Shown here: in pieces, positions 40,401-55,400 of the stretch
Layout: each line of letters opens with the position of its first letter
How positions within the stretch are numbered: the stretch's first letter is position 1
Assembly: GCA_002633005.1 (NCBI GenBank)
Contig: NMRA01000228.1
Coordinates: 360,120 to 424,119, forward strand
Direction: 5' to 3'
Origin: Phoronis australis
Lineage: Eukaryota > Animalia > Phoronida
DNA: 64,000 nucleotides
Made by a program: the position numbers and the translations under genes
Notes under the pieces: model-generated
Seen by the model: only the letters and a program-made list of their open reading frames with translations
Databases searched by the model: none
What the model was told of the DNA's origin: nothing

Positions 40401-43400
40401 CGTGCTTTCTTACCTCCAAGGCAAAGTAGAATTTTATCGCTGTGTATTCTGATTATTTTCCTGATGTTTATGAAAGTACGTTATAAGGTTGCCCATAGTA
40501 GCGGGCATGCGTCCTAGTTAGTTCTGTGCTTTCAGGGAGGATGCTCAGAACACTTCCTTGTATATATGGCAACTGCATGCTTCATTTCTTGCAGTAACTT
40601 GTGTTGATGGCATTAGCCAGCTGTTCCTATCTCCCGTTTGTGATCTGCTGAGGGAATTAGGTCCATGTGAACATGATGGATCCAACCTATTTTTAGAGTG
40701 TGAACATGACCTGAAGCCATTATCCAAGTCAACAAATAAGTCCCTTTCATACTAACTTAACTCTGGCTCCAGAGGAGTGTCCAGCTTTGGCAGTCAGTGG
40801 ACAATTGTCATAGTTCGATCTGCAAATTGTCACAAAATGGCGCCCCGAACATGTTCTGCAGGCGCAATTTCTAAAAGTTTGTGAAGTATAAAATAAATCA
40901 TGTGAAGTGTCTGTAGAGGTATAATGGTGACTATTTGAACAAAATAAAAGAATACCACAACTGTGCTGATATTTACAGTGACATCTGGTGATTACTTCAA
41001 TGACACTGAAGTTAACGGTTCTTACAGACTGAAAATATCCAGAACATCAACACATTGACATTGGTATAAAAGGTCCTTTAATTAATACTTATGAACAGAT
41101 ATTTCTGCCTTGTCCACCAGTAAGGCCCAGAAAACGTGTGGCTATCAAAACGAGACAAAGTAGATTTTGTGGAATAATACTTTTTTGTCTAAACTCATTG
41201 CCTCAACTCAGAATACGTTACGATAAAACTCAAAAATAATTGCCAACATTTGTCTTTTTTCGTTTGCTCCTAACATTATTGTGGGTGACCACAGTTTATC
41301 AAAACTTTGTCTGATTGATGGTGGCTATGGTATTCATGTTAAAACTGATGCAGCCCTTATTTTGTACCACTTAACTTACGAATAAATGAGAAATAGAATT
41401 TCACGTGTGTCCTATATTGGTGAGATTCTACCATAATTCACTTTTTCTGAACTTCCACGTAGATCAAGACTCCGTGTTGCAATATCCCGGTGCAGACTGT
41501 TAAACTGCAGACAGAAGTGATCGTCTACTTCAGTTTTAACTTTCTTTGTTGTCAGGTACCATTGAGGCTGCTGCTACAAAGTTCACCTTGACTAACTTCA
41601 TAACCTATTGTAGTATTTTTCATACATTACCATACATGGTGGGAGAATAGCAGCCATTTTAATGAATTTCATAACTTACACATTCACGAATCATGAACTA
41701 TGAAGAGGAAAAAGTTAAAACTATCTGCGCTTTGATTCTCATCCTTTTTTATTTTAGCTAGAAAACAATAAAAATATAATTTTTTATTTAAAATTTATTA
41801 TTTGTCTATATGTTAAGTTCATTCTGAGTGATTTTTTGTCAACGAATAAGTGAACCAGCAGTGTAGGAGGAGGCAACTATGGTAATTCTTCACTTATTTT
41901 GCTCACAAATAATTTTTGGAATGGTCCTTTTTCGTTTTCAATGGCTGATTATTTTTTGTAAAGGGAAGTTGAGCTTATCAAATTTGCTTCGTTTTGTGAC
42001 ATCTACAAGCCATGTCTGAGATGTACTAAAAGTTTCTTTTGTGGAAAATTTAACAAAATAGAATTTCACTTATTGTTTGCTTACCATAATTACTGAAAAC
42101 TACCCTATTTCCTTCATAAGAGAAAAAATTCATTTCCTTTCAGCTGTATGGTAACCAGCCTCAGTTCCACCGGCCGCATATCAATGTGAAGCTGTTTCCA
42201 AAGGATTCCTACACGCCGGACACCACATTCATCCGTTACCTCTCATCAATCTACGTCATCATGGCGTTCATGCCGTTTGTTGGAATTCTCATGTCCATGA
42301 TTGTGACGGAGAAGGAAAAGAAGATCAAGGAGACAATGAGAATGATGGGAATGAAGGATTCGGCATTCTGGTGAGTCGGGGTTGTGAGGGCCGTCGGGGT
42401 TGTGGTGGCTGTCGGGGATTAGAGATTTCAGATATTTAATTCACGCCGAGGCCCTTAATACATTGGGAGACTTTCAAAGAGGAGCTTGGCGACTGATCAT
42501 GTGAGACCGGATACCAGTGACCTGTAGAAAACGAGGAGGCACTTTTGTTTAAAACTCATCACGTTTAATAACAAACATTGTGAAAGGGTTCTTGAGAGAG
42601 AGAAGTTAAGCTGTTCCTCTATGCCACCTGCTGGGAAGACAAAGTAACAACTAGGTGGCGCTATGTGACACAGGTCCCACATGATCAGCTCCCGTTGCTT
42701 TCTGAAAGTCTCCCATTGACAGCTAGTCATTGTAAATCCAGGTGAGTTCCTTACACAGTCTTTGTTTGTGTGATAATTGTGTTGCTTAATTTCTGAGCAA
42801 AGTAGATTTAGGTGTGTTATTGTAGGCACTTTGATTTTTAATCAACAAATTCGTTCCCAAATAAATTATTGTCACTCGAACTTCGTTAACAGCTTGCGAT
42901 ATCTTCCCAAATACACGGCAACACTAGTTAAACATGTGCGAATATTTAATTTTCAATTCTGGACTACACAAAAATGTACAGTTTCAACTCGACATGTTGC
43001 AGATTTTGTTTCCACGTGCCTAACTTGGCAGGCTTTTTGGCAATTAGTATTTCTCGATTGCTTGAATTTGGTTTCATTCAGATTTTATTTGAATGTCTGT
43101 TCTTCACTTCGTTTAATTAATTTCAACTGTCAACTTGTTCCATAAATAGACTGTAAAATTTTTTGTATGCTGAGTGAATATTTTGCCATTGTTCACTTTT
43201 GAAAGCATTGGTGAGGTTGAAAAATCGGTTATTGTTTGTGACTGTATCAAAATTTGCTGTCTTTTGTAACATTTTATGAATTGCTAATTCAGCCTGCTCT
43301 GCATGTAGTGTGAAACGGTGTTAATCTCATTCCCAGTGGGTTAGTTGTCAATGGAATTACCACCCACTAGGAACCCCTTCCCAGATTTCCTGACCTGTGT

Positions 43401-46400
43401 TTGTGTCCTCTTTGTACATTTTATAAAATATTGACATGGTTTGTCTGCGCATCTGTGTCTGTAGATCCCCGTAGGTGTTGTGAATTATAATAGCTATTAG
43501 ACAATGCTGATTTAACACTAGAAACGGGTTCAATCCCCCACGTAATTGACTTAGCTAAATGTTGGCAAGCAATTTTCTCTATAAAATCTAGTTTCTGTGG
43601 TTGCCTTGGCTTTCTGCCAACGATGGCCTTACTAAGCTTTTTTAAAATGTCTAAAGACCAGTATTTTGTTGCATATAATTCCCTTTACTTTCAATCAAAT
43701 AGAGTTTCATTTATGTTTCCGTAACTAAAGTGTTTTGAGTGATTATTAAAACTTAACAACCTTTAGAACATCAAAGAGTGATAAAATATTTTCAAAAATG
43801 TACTCTTAGTACCCATCTTTTTCATTTTTGTGAGTATTAATTGCCAGGATATATTTGAAACAGTAGATTATAAAAGCTACATAAAGTTATAAAACGTGTG
43901 ACTTCATTTTCACTTTTATCAGCTCCTCCGCATTTTAAAAAACAAGTGGTGACAATTCACCTAACTTTAATGGTAGATAAGTCTTAACAAGAATGTAAAT
44001 AGAAAATCCTGGCTCGTGATTGATCCCCATTGCATTGATAGCAGATTAAGACAAATATTTTGGTAATCAGTGGACTAGTTGCAAAGAAATAAGCAAAACC
44101 CCACAACTGGTGTACCGAACACATGGAACTGACATAAGTCCCGTCCACACACAGCCTACCCTAAAACAATGTGCACTGTCCCATCCACACACACTGCAAT
44201 TTACCCCAAAACAATGTGCACTGTCCCATCCACACACACTGCAATTTACCCCACTTATAAGTGAAGCATGGAGCGTCCACACACAGGTCTGATAAGTGGG
44301 GTAAGGCAGAAGTTGTCACTCTGTGTGTGTGTGGCAATGAACACCTGATGTGCGTCAACCAAGATCTGTCTATATGTAGTCACAGCTGATAATTATTTCC
44401 ACCTTGCCCCATGTTTTCGGCCACACAGTGATTAGAAGTTGCACAAGTTACCCTAGAACAAGTTGCCCTACCTCAGTAAGGTGAAGTAAGTTGTCACAAG
44501 TGGGGTATGGTGCACTAGTTTAAATACCGTCCACACAACTCTCAAACGTAGCGGCAACTTGTTCCAGGAGCAACTTGTGTAAGGTAAGTTTGTGATACAC
44601 AAAAGGTCCATAGCTGTTTAGTTACATGGTGATTTGTTTTCATTTCGTTTGTCATACTTGGTTTCATGACATACAAATTCGTTGACACTACTGGGTACCA
44701 AAGCAAGATGAATTTTTGTGGCAGCAGATATGGCTCATACTTTAGCCAATAGGCAAAGACTTAAGAGGTGGTGTTTTCTAAGCCAATGAAAATGCAAGTG
44801 TCACATTTCATGTAATAAAGTTATGATTGAAAGATCACGTTCGCAAGAACTAAAAAAAACGCAAAAAACATTATGAATTGTCTGTGGCATTTGTTGCATG
44901 GTCTTGAAACTGGGTATCTATGTTAGTAGTTGAAAAGAAGATTTAGGAAATGTTGGCAAATATTTGACAAATGGTGAACTAGTTTCAAGGAATGACAAGT
45001 ACCTCAACTTGCAGTTTTGTGCCTTAGTCTTGCTATGAGTTGGACATCACAGAGACTTGTTCGTTGACTGTCGTGCCAGTCTGTTATCGGTCTGATTTTT
45101 GCTTTCATTTTTATTTACCCAGTAAGTAGCATCTACTTGAAGTGAATGTGATAACTGTAAAATAAATTGGAGATTCTGTATGCATTATGAAGTGGTTGAA
45201 ACACAACAGGGGAGAGTGAAGCGGTTATGTAATTTGTTTACCTGGAGGAATTAGAATGGTTCAGATACAGTGCTGGCCTGTCAAGCATTGTTATTGAGCA
45301 GACTGGTAACAAACAGAATTGACCTATCACCAGGATTTTGAGTGATGGCTTAACTGACCAATCAGAATGCAGCATTCTTGAAACACCTTCGTTTCCAAGC
45401 CGCCATTTTACCCGACAAACAACACGTCGTCGGGTAAATCTTGCGTGCGTTCAGTACACGCTAGGACCTACGCTAGGACCTACGCTGGGACCTAGCTAAA
45501 ACCTAGTCAAAGTCACGTGTTCTCATTTAAAATGCACGGCAATATCTCACGTAGTCTCGTGAAGTCTTGCTTTTTAGCGAGGTCCTAGCGTTACTGAACG
45601 GGAGGCTTATTATTATTTTTTTTGTTGATACTTCGGAAGGGGGCGGAGCTTGTGATAGGTCAATTGGTAGTGCCTCTTAGCAAAAAGCTTAAAAACAACA
45701 CTTTGTGCAAAATAAAACAGTCATTTTGGTTAATAATTTTTTCAGTCAGTCCCAAATTAGTGCTTCATTTTATGTCAGTGTGTGATGATTATTTAATACT
45801 CAGCTGTCATTTCTTGTTTGGTTTGTCATCCAAAATGCACTTGAATTCATTTCAATAAAAATTTCTCATGTAAATCGCCATAACTTCAATGTGATCAGCA
45901 AAGACATTCATTGGTAACTTGGTTTTTGCACAAGTCAGGTGGTGGACTTTATGTTGGATATGTAGCGAAAGTTTTGCCATTTTGAGATTTTTGCCATAAA
46001 AAGCTATGCATGAAAGAAGTAGGGCTGAGAAATACTTTAACAATATTTCATCTCAGGATTTTGGCTTAAGTTATCTTATCCAAAATCAATTAATTAAAAC
46101 CTTGTTGTCGTTATGTTGTCCGGAGAATTTGTCATCCCTTAAAGCAGTTTTCGAAATAGATGAAATGTGTGTTTATATATCTAGTACCTAAGTCTGTGAA
46201 CCCATTTGCCGCTCTGATTTTGTGCAAGTTGGTCATCGCAAAACTCAACGTGGAGCCCAAAATCAAAAAACTAATCAGAGATCTTACATGGAGATTGTCT
46301 TAGTTCTTCACACATCTTAGTGTGTGCACATACAATAGAAGAGGTATATGTTTGCTCTCACACCATCACATTGGTTTACTATATATGTGAAAGTTTGTAC

Positions 46401-49400
46401 AAACTAATTAAAGCAAAGAACAGCTTACTTTTCAATGCAACATATGTGTGTGTGTGTGTGTGTGTGTGCGTGTGCGTGTGTGTGTGTGCGGTACGAGTAC
46501 CAGCCCGCAGTCATATGCAACATGTGTTTTGAAAACTGAATGATTTCTTTGACGTTTGATGGTTTGTGTAAATGCATTCATTCAAAACAAATGTGTTTTT
46601 AAAAACAAGACATTTCGTTTTAATGTGCAACTCCGTGTTAAACGTGCAACCTCAGGTTTCCAAATTCATGCTGGGATTTTGTATAAGTTTCAAACACCGA
46701 ATACGCTTGTAAAGTGAGTAAAGGCTGCATTTTGCCCTGTTAATCGAAGTTATTTGAGGTTTAAAAACTTTGCCATGTTCATGATCTTAATTATTGACAA
46801 ATGAACCAGCAACTCAAGTTAAGGCAATGCGTATGTGCGTGTGTGTGTCATATATTGAGTGTGCCATTTAGAGTTGGCCAACCTCAATAAACTCTGAAGT
46901 GTTTTCTTGAGCTGCTGATGGTTTTGATGTTGTTGGTATCAGAAATCGAATCCTGTCATGGTGAGAAATATTCTGAGACTGATTTTTAGAGTAAAAAATC
47001 TTATATCGATTTTCGTTTTAAGACAACTAAACAGGACGAAATGCGACTTGAATATCTTTACTGTGTGCGCTGGTCGACATGTGAAAAAAGAAAGTAGTTA
47101 TTTAAACCAATTATGTACATTATTATCCTTTATACTTATAAAAATAATTATCTGTGTTGTAGGTGTGCATGGGGTATAGTCTACTGTGTCATGGCTATTG
47201 TGATAGCGATAGTCATCACCCTGCTGGGCTGGGCTGCACAATTACTAGTCCGCAGCAACCTGTTCATCCTCTTCCTATTGGTCTTCCTTTACTGTACCAG
47301 CATCATTGCCATGGGTTTCATGATGTCCACCTTCTTCAGCAACGCCAAAGTGGCCTCTGCCGCTGGAGCACTTGCTCCTATGATGGTCAGTATGATCTAC
47401 TTTGGTGTAGCCGCTACCAGGTCTTACCAAGGAGGCCTGCCCACGTCAGCCATCCCCCCTGCGGGTCAGTGGCTGCTCTGTCTGTTTTCTCCCTTGGCTC
47501 TGGCCTTGGGTATTGATTGGGTAAGCTAAATTTCTTGGAGCAAACCTGGTGAATCGTTTTCGTATTTGTTTGTTCTTTTAAAGTGCATTAATCCGAGGCT
47601 TTGTTTTTGCATCATTTGATGCAATTAAGCTGCAAAAGTTGCATATTAGACTTAATCGGTATATCAACAAGGATGCAATTGTAAGAAATAAAATTCCAAT
47701 TAGTGATAATCATCTGTTTCATTTTTTGATCATGTTGTATTTTCCATTGATAAATGTACCACAAAATTCACCTACGTATTCCAGAAGACTCATGCTTGGT
47801 TCTTTGTTGGTGTAATGGTTTCTGCACTGTTTTCGTGAACCTCGAGAAATTGAAATGGATTTTAAAAAATTGGAAGTTGGGTCCCCTGGATCCTAGTGTG
47901 TGGAAATATGGGATGAACATTGTTTGCATATGTTGTTGCAAAAACTGTTATAAAACTATATGTCTGTTATGTTGTTACTTGCTTTGTGGATATCTCTTCA
48001 CCTGAACTGTATCTGTTTTACTGTTTATTTGTGTTACTTGACTAGATACTCAAGTCAAATTCACTTTTCATCTCTTTTGCTTTAAATATTCTAAGTTCGG
48101 CGCCACTAAATACACAAGTTTTGGGAATAGTCAGGTATAACATGCCCGTATTTTGAGAACCAGTTTGACGACTGTTATTCAGTAGAGAAAACTGGTTCTC
48201 AAAATTCGGGAATTTTATATCCGACCATTACCTAAGTTTTCATATTTTTAAAAGACTATTTTGCTTGTCTATTGATCTTTGTACTGTATTTGTCTAGGCA
48301 CTGTTCCTTGACATCAATTTTGAGGACGGTGCTAACTTTGGAGACAGCATGTTCATTGGCGAGTTCCCTCTGTACGCCCCCATCTTGATGCTGGCTACTG
48401 ACACTGTTATCTATTCACTTCTGGCTGTCTGGTTTGACAGCATCATTCCAAGTAAGTGTAATGAACATTTATAACTGCTAGAAGTCGTTCCTCCGAGGTC
48501 GTCGTTGTAGATAGTCGGACTCTTTTACTGGAAGTGTATGTCATTTTGACACGAGACATAAACTTCATTGAAAACATCACTTAAGTTTTTGTTTGAAAGT
48601 TTGATACTGAGTTGCTCGTAGTGTTGAAACAATCTCCTTTCTTTAGGTGTGCAGCTATATAGCAAAACACCGAGAGACGTAACAAACAAACCAATTAAAA
48701 CACTAGCAAAATTTCGAGCGTGCATGTCTCATCATCAGACAATAAGTGAAATAACATATACGTACGTACCTGTGTGTGTAGCATTCACGCTCTCTTTCTG
48801 TATGCCCCTGTTCCCGCTGTCATGTGCATTTCACTGTTTATTTCGCTACAAAATTTACTAGGAATTCAGCAGATTTGTTTGAAAGCTCAAGACTGCCCTT
48901 GAACCATCTTTTTCTGTCATATTATTTCAGACGAGTATGGGAGTGCAAGATGTGCCTGTTTCTGTCTCATGCCGTCATTTTGGCGACAAAACAAAAAAAC
49001 TGACGAAGAGTTAGAAGAGCTAATGGCAACCAACCAGCACAACAATGAAGATAACCCTAGAAACTCCAACATTGAGAACATTCCAACTAGTGAAGCCAAC
49101 AAGGCTGTGTTACGGTGGGTTTATTTTTTCTATTGGGGGTATTAGATGTTTAAGGAGAGCTATCTGCTGAAGCCGAGGAGGCTGTGTGGCCGTGTGGGTT
49201 TAGTGTCTGGCTCCTGTTCACAAGGTCGTAGGTTCGAATCCCACCGGACCACTAAACACATGAGTCAGGTCTGTAACTCTTCAGCTCGGTTTCAGTTTGT
49301 GTGTATGTCTAATATGTGCTATGTGTCTAGTTATTAATAAATGAAAAATGGCTTCAGGTGGTTAGTGCAATGGGTCTGGATGAGTGGCCTGTGTACGTCT

Positions 49401-52400
49401 GATTCAACATGCATCAGACAACCTGCACTTTTTTATCTGTTAAAGTTTGCACGTAGTTTTCAGACGTGCTCTTTTCAAATCTAGTGTATTGCAGTTTGAA
49501 TGTATCGTTCTGTATGTGGTTCGCTGTGTAGTGAGTGCACGCTTGTTCATTCTGACATTCCAGCATAAACAATATAAAGAAAAAATTCAAAATTGATGAA
49601 GAAGAAGGAACAGTGGAGAGGTATGCTGTAAATGGTAAGTTGTCATATCCATGGTGAATTAAATTTGAATTACAATTATTAGTATTTATTTCAATGTTAC
49701 TATAAAATAGCTTGACTGTGATCCTTCTTATGTGCAAAAGTTGTTGAATGCATGACAGTAATGTCTATTCCTTACTTTAAGGCCTTTTTGCTCAAATTTC
49801 TGGTATATTCGTTGGTCCTCTAGAGTGCACTTCAAAGAGATGACCAATATATCAAGAGTTTGCTTTGAAATCGTTTTCCCTCTCAATTAAATCCTTTACA
49901 AGCATCGATGTAAACTGCAAAGTTAACTTCAGCATTCCCATTAGCTTTGGTCGTTTATAGACATCGGAGTTATCACTAGGTGTCGCTATTGTCATCAAAG
50001 TTATTATAAGGTGGTGTAACATGACCTTCACCATTGTCACAGGAGTGACCCCTGCTGATAACTGCGATGCACACCTAAATTGAGTGTTCTCATTATAACG
50101 ATGCGTTGATGATCGAAGACCAAATTTAAACGATCCCATTGACCAATGGTCCTCTAAACGCGAAAGTATCAACATTTGTGCGAAAGGCATTTAAAGTAGT
50201 ACATAGATATCGTCATATTTTGCATATTCGAGTAGATTTAAGCCAATTTTTGGCACCTTTCAAACTACTAAAAACTTAGTAATCATTCTTATGTTGCAAT
50301 TCTAGTTGGTGGAGAGACGAGTTTTCTTAGATATCAACTGTTCAAATATTGTTTTGATAATTGCCATGGTTCCTGTTGCATCACAACAGGTATCTCGCTT
50401 GATATTTACGAGGGCCAGATCACTGCTTTGCTTGGTCATAACGGGGCTGGTAAGACCACCCTGATCAACATGCTAACAGGTCTGATGCCACCCACATCTG
50501 GAAATGCTACAACCTACGGTCTGGTAAGGACGATTCTTGTCACCTTTTTATTTGATGTACTGAGCTTTTGATGAGTTGAACGCCATCAAAGTAAACGCTT
50601 CAAATTGCTAAAAGTGTTTCTTAGTTACCAGGTTTCAATTGGAAGTTTAAGGTAAAATTACCACCACTGGATTTAGTGCGCTTAGTTGTGGCCATCTAGT
50701 TGCTTGTGTTTGGTTGTTTTTTCCCTGCTCGAAAGGCCACGAACTCACATTTCAAGTGTCTACTTGGTCATTGATTTTATGTTTTTTTATCTGAAGAGTT
50801 TTTGTGAAGTGATGCTTAAGACTTCCAAAACGTTGGTAACCTGAATTTAGTCGTTAAATGCTTTTCAATTTAGTATAAAGTTGTAGTCTTGCGAAAATTT
50901 TGCCTCAAATTTTTCCTAAAAGTCATCTTTAAGAAAGATTTCATCAGTTTCACCATCTGTACTGTACAGCTTTCATGAAACAAAAAATAGGTAAAAGTTA
51001 AAATCATTTTAATGTAATGGTAATCCACTGTTGAATTGTGAGAAAATGAATTTTGAAATTTTTTGTACAAATGTAAAGAGAGGTTACTATAGTTATTCTT
51101 TATTAAATATCCTTAGTGTATTCTTATTGGATTAAATTTGCTTTCTGCAGGATGTGTCTGACTCCAATGACATGACGCACATCCGGCAGTTCACTGGGGT
51201 CTGTCCACAACAGAATGTGCTCTTTCATGACCTGTCCTGTGTAGAGAATCTCTACGTGTTCGGTATGTTGGCTGGTGTACCCTACAAGTCCTTGAACCAG
51301 GAGGTTAGTGCTGTTCCTTTGTTGATCCAGTGTTACTTTCACCAAAAGAAAGCTTGTGGAGGTTTCTTAAAGCTAGTCTGTGGAAGTGATTGAAACCTAT
51401 GTTCATGCCGTCTCATGGTTTTAAAGTCGTCGTCGAGAGTTCTTATTTGATAACTACCAGCATGTTTCACTTCAATGACTGCGTGGGTTCTGCACAAGGA
51501 TACTCTTCATGTTCAAAGTATACATACTTTGAAAGAGCACCCCATTCACTTACTTGGACAGTCATGTATTCCGATTATCAACTATTAATTAGGTTGTGCT
51601 CCTCACTGAAACAAAATTTTAAAAACATTAGTAAATTCTGTTGAACGTCTTTGTCGTTTTTGTCACAGATTGAGAGGATATTGGCAGAAGTTGATTTGAC
51701 TGAACAAAAGAACAAGAGAGCATTCAGTCTGAGTGGAGGACAGAAGCGAAAACTGTCTCTGGCTATCGCACTAATAGGAAACCCCAAGGTACATTCTGAA
51801 CTCATTATGAAAGAAATGTCCATAAATAGCCTTTCGTTCCCTTCAGTGTGCTCAGTCTGTTGTGAGAGTCTATGAATCCAAATATTTGACTGCATTGTTA
51901 GTTTTATTTTGCTTTGGGAATAATGAAAATGTCTAACGTTTGATATTATCCATAATTTTCAAAGTTGCTTGCAACATGTCGCAAGATGTCGACCTGAATG
52001 TGGAAAAACAGATTTTGAAATTTTTGAAAATGTGATGTAACTGCACATTTCTATTCCTATTTGCTGGTCCAAATTGCATCATAACAGTGTTAGAAACATC
52101 AGCACTGAACACTTGTATAACTACACCCAATCACTGCTGAGGCAACTGGCAAGGATAATGCCTAGTTTGCGTGTTGGCCTGGCTGACTGATCCAGCAAAT
52201 TGCTGGCAGAGAATTGTGTATTGCCATTCATCTGTCNCATCTTCGCTGGTATGCTTTACATTTTGAATTTGTATATTTATATTGATTCCTAATGCAATTA
52301 AACAATCGTGGTTTTCTGATGAGGCTGACATCTTCGCTGGTATGCTTTACATTTTGAATTTGTATATTTATATTGATTCCTAATGCATTTAAACAATCGT

Positions 52401-55400
52401 GGTTTTCTGATGAGGCTGACATCTTAGCTGGTATGCTTTACATTTTGAATTTGTATATTTATATTGATTCCTAATGCATTTAAACAATCGTGGTTTTCTA
52501 ATGAGCTAAAATTTCTGGTAATTAGTCATTTCATTTGTGAAAGTGAATAGACCTGTTTCTGTTGTTTTTTTAGATCGCAAGGCAGTGATTTGCAATGGAC
52601 AGCTGCGATGTGTTGGATCTTCGTTGTTTCTTAAAAATAAGTTTGGAATTGGGTACTACTTGAAGTAAGTATTTTGCTAAGTTTGTGTGTAACTGGACTT
52701 CAATCTCAATGTTCCATCGTGTCCATGTACTTGAAACAGTTGTACATACTAAAGCACATTGTTAGTAATTCAGTACCCAGTCTGACGTCACATCTGTAAT
52801 ACTTCCAAACTCTGTATCAATATTGTTATCAGTGCAAAACAGAAGACTAGAATAGGATTTGAAGTTAACTACAGGTGTTACATAAAGGTGAAATATGAAG
52901 TGTGAAATATAGTCAGACTCGGTTCAGAAAATTATAACCAAACAACACCTAGATTATTTCTTGTGTTTCCACTGGATTTATCTTTCAAAAGATAATAATT
53001 GTACAAGTTAGTTCTTACGACATAATCGAGGTTATATTTTCGGGTTAGAATAATTTGCTTTTGCTATGGTCAGTTCATGTCACAATTTCAGGACATTTCA
53101 TACTGTCACAAAAATAGTGATTTTGACACCAGCGCTTCATGTAGAGTTGTCATACGGGATTTTCATTGAATAAATTGAGATAAAATGTGTCACTAATACG
53201 ATGCTTAGGTATGCGTTGGTATCCAGGGCTCAAAAATTTCAATTTGAAATTCTTATAACCAATTAATCCTCAAGTTACTTTAATGTCTTATTCCAGTATG
53301 GTGGCGCCATCTAACTGTGATATGCAAGGAGTTGACAGTGTAATCAGACGGCATGTTCCTGCTGCTGAACAAGGCCGTGCCCATGGCATGGAGCTTACCT
53401 ACACTCTACCTAATGACGATTTGGATAAATTTGCGGGTCAGTGTAAATTTTCACAAGACTCGTGTTAGTACTTAACTTCCTTTGAAAATCAAAAGTTTGT
53501 GAGAAATTCTTTCATGTTGCATCCATTGATTGAAATTTTATTTGCCCCTTCCCCCAATGTTGCATAAAATCATTTAGATAAGACTGTCCTTATCTTCCTT
53601 CTTATCTTGTTCTTCCTCCTCCTTCTATGCTCACTGCTCTGCGATGGGTAGGGGAACTAAGCTGGTTTTCCATTTTTCATTGTTTGGGTGTATTCATTTT
53701 TTTGTAATGTATGTGTTTTATTTGGTACATGTCAAAGGTTATTCTTGTGCCAGATATCAAGTCGTGCCCATATTTCCCATGGTCTGTTGGGGGAAACAAT
53801 TTTAATTTATGCTTAACTTCTACTTTTGTTACCAGGAACTACTGCAAAAAAGGCCCTCCCAAAGCTCTTGAGCTGTTTTCAGAAAATGCTCAAAAATATA
53901 CTCTTAAATCGGCCTATTTTTGGAATAACAATCAAACATTTCTACTGTTTGTAGGGTTTCCAAAAATAAACAGTGTTGGCGAGTGCCAAACAGAAACAAG
54001 GTTTTATGAGAAGCAGGCCATATCAGCACATTTTAACTTATCTACAGTATAAATTGGTACCATAAACAGCCTGAACTACGCATATCTGCCGTCATTCCAT
54101 GTTGATGTCACTGATATGCTTCCTTTTTATAGGCCCCGTGAAAGTATGGTTGAACTTTTGTTTTGGGTAAAAATTTGCGATTTACTGTCAGAATATATAC
54201 CCTAGGGCTGATCAGAAATTCCCAGTATGATTGGACTCGCATTTCTTCCAGTATTTTAAAACTACTGATCATGGATTTTTGGGTTGAAAGTTAGTATTTG
54301 ATTTATTAAAATGAGATCCTTGAAAACAAAGGAGAACAGTTTCCAGTTTTCAGGTTGAATTGCAATAATGTACATTATTGATTGTGTATCCTTGTTAGAA
54401 TTATAAATTTTTTGTAACTGTAACTTGTAATTAAAAGTTGCAGTTATGATTATGGATGGCTGAAAGTTTTGTGGATTATGGACATTTAACTTTCATTTAC
54501 AGGCCTCTTTGCTGAATTAGAAGAAGACGTGGGTGGTGAAACTAAAGCCCAGACTTTGGGTATCAGTAGCTATGGTGTCTCCATGACAACACTGGAGGAA
54601 GTCTTTTTGAAACTTGGTACACTTATTTTTTAATTTTACAAATAAACTTGATTTGCAATAAAATTGTTTTTGACGAAATTCCCTTAGCCAAAAATGTTAC
54701 ACTGGCAAACTAAAACATTAACTTTCCAAAAAAGGCTGAAATAGCAGCATAATTTGATGAGTATTGAATTTATTTGTGTTTGACATAATTTAAATTACAA
54801 TAGCTTATCTTTTAGTGAATTAAATATTTTTTCTTTTCAGTTATAAACCCTGTATTTTACTACGTTTTATTTTAGAAATATTTCGCAACCTTTTCAAATT
54901 ACTGAATCTATCGAATCTTCTACAGAAAATACATCAGGGAATCTAGAAGATGCTACGAAGCCTATCCTGCGCAATGGCTGGAGGAAGAAGCACTCGCTAG
55001 ACATAGATTCATCTGCTGAAAACAATCATAATGACCATACAAGTATTAACATGGATGGGGAGCTTTCACGACCATCGTCCACTGACTCATCACGAACATT
55101 CGCCATGATCCAAGACAACAAGTTCCAACTTGCCAAGCAGAGATTTCTAGCTTTGGTGAAAATCAAGTTGTTGATTCAGATACGCAACCCTCCCGCTGTC
55201 TTCTTCAGACTCGTCTTTCCCATAATTCTCATGCTGCTTGGTGTCTGCTTCTACCAGTTTGTATTCATTGAGGCCAGCACTAAAGGTTGGCAGGAGCCGG
55301 TGTTACATCAGATTGAACCTGATGTGTACGCTGTGGTCCCAGCCAGAAAGACTGTACCAGCAGTTCTTTACAAGTCTGTAGTAGGTGAGCAGGTTATAGT

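Noticed and set aside
40545-40755. Overlapping short ORFs in a locally GC-richer intron segment
   Set aside because: No recognisable domain or splice context. The ABCA exons at 31562 and 42144 already join in phase.
47163-47516. 117-aa alternative-frame ORF over an ABCA exon, and antisense ORFs over other exons
   Set aside because: Shadow frames of true coding exons.
49178-49255. Functional tRNA gene
   Set aside because: A and B boxes are present, but the acceptor and anticodon stems do not pair and there is no adjacent oligo-T terminator. A SINE head or pseudogene fits better.
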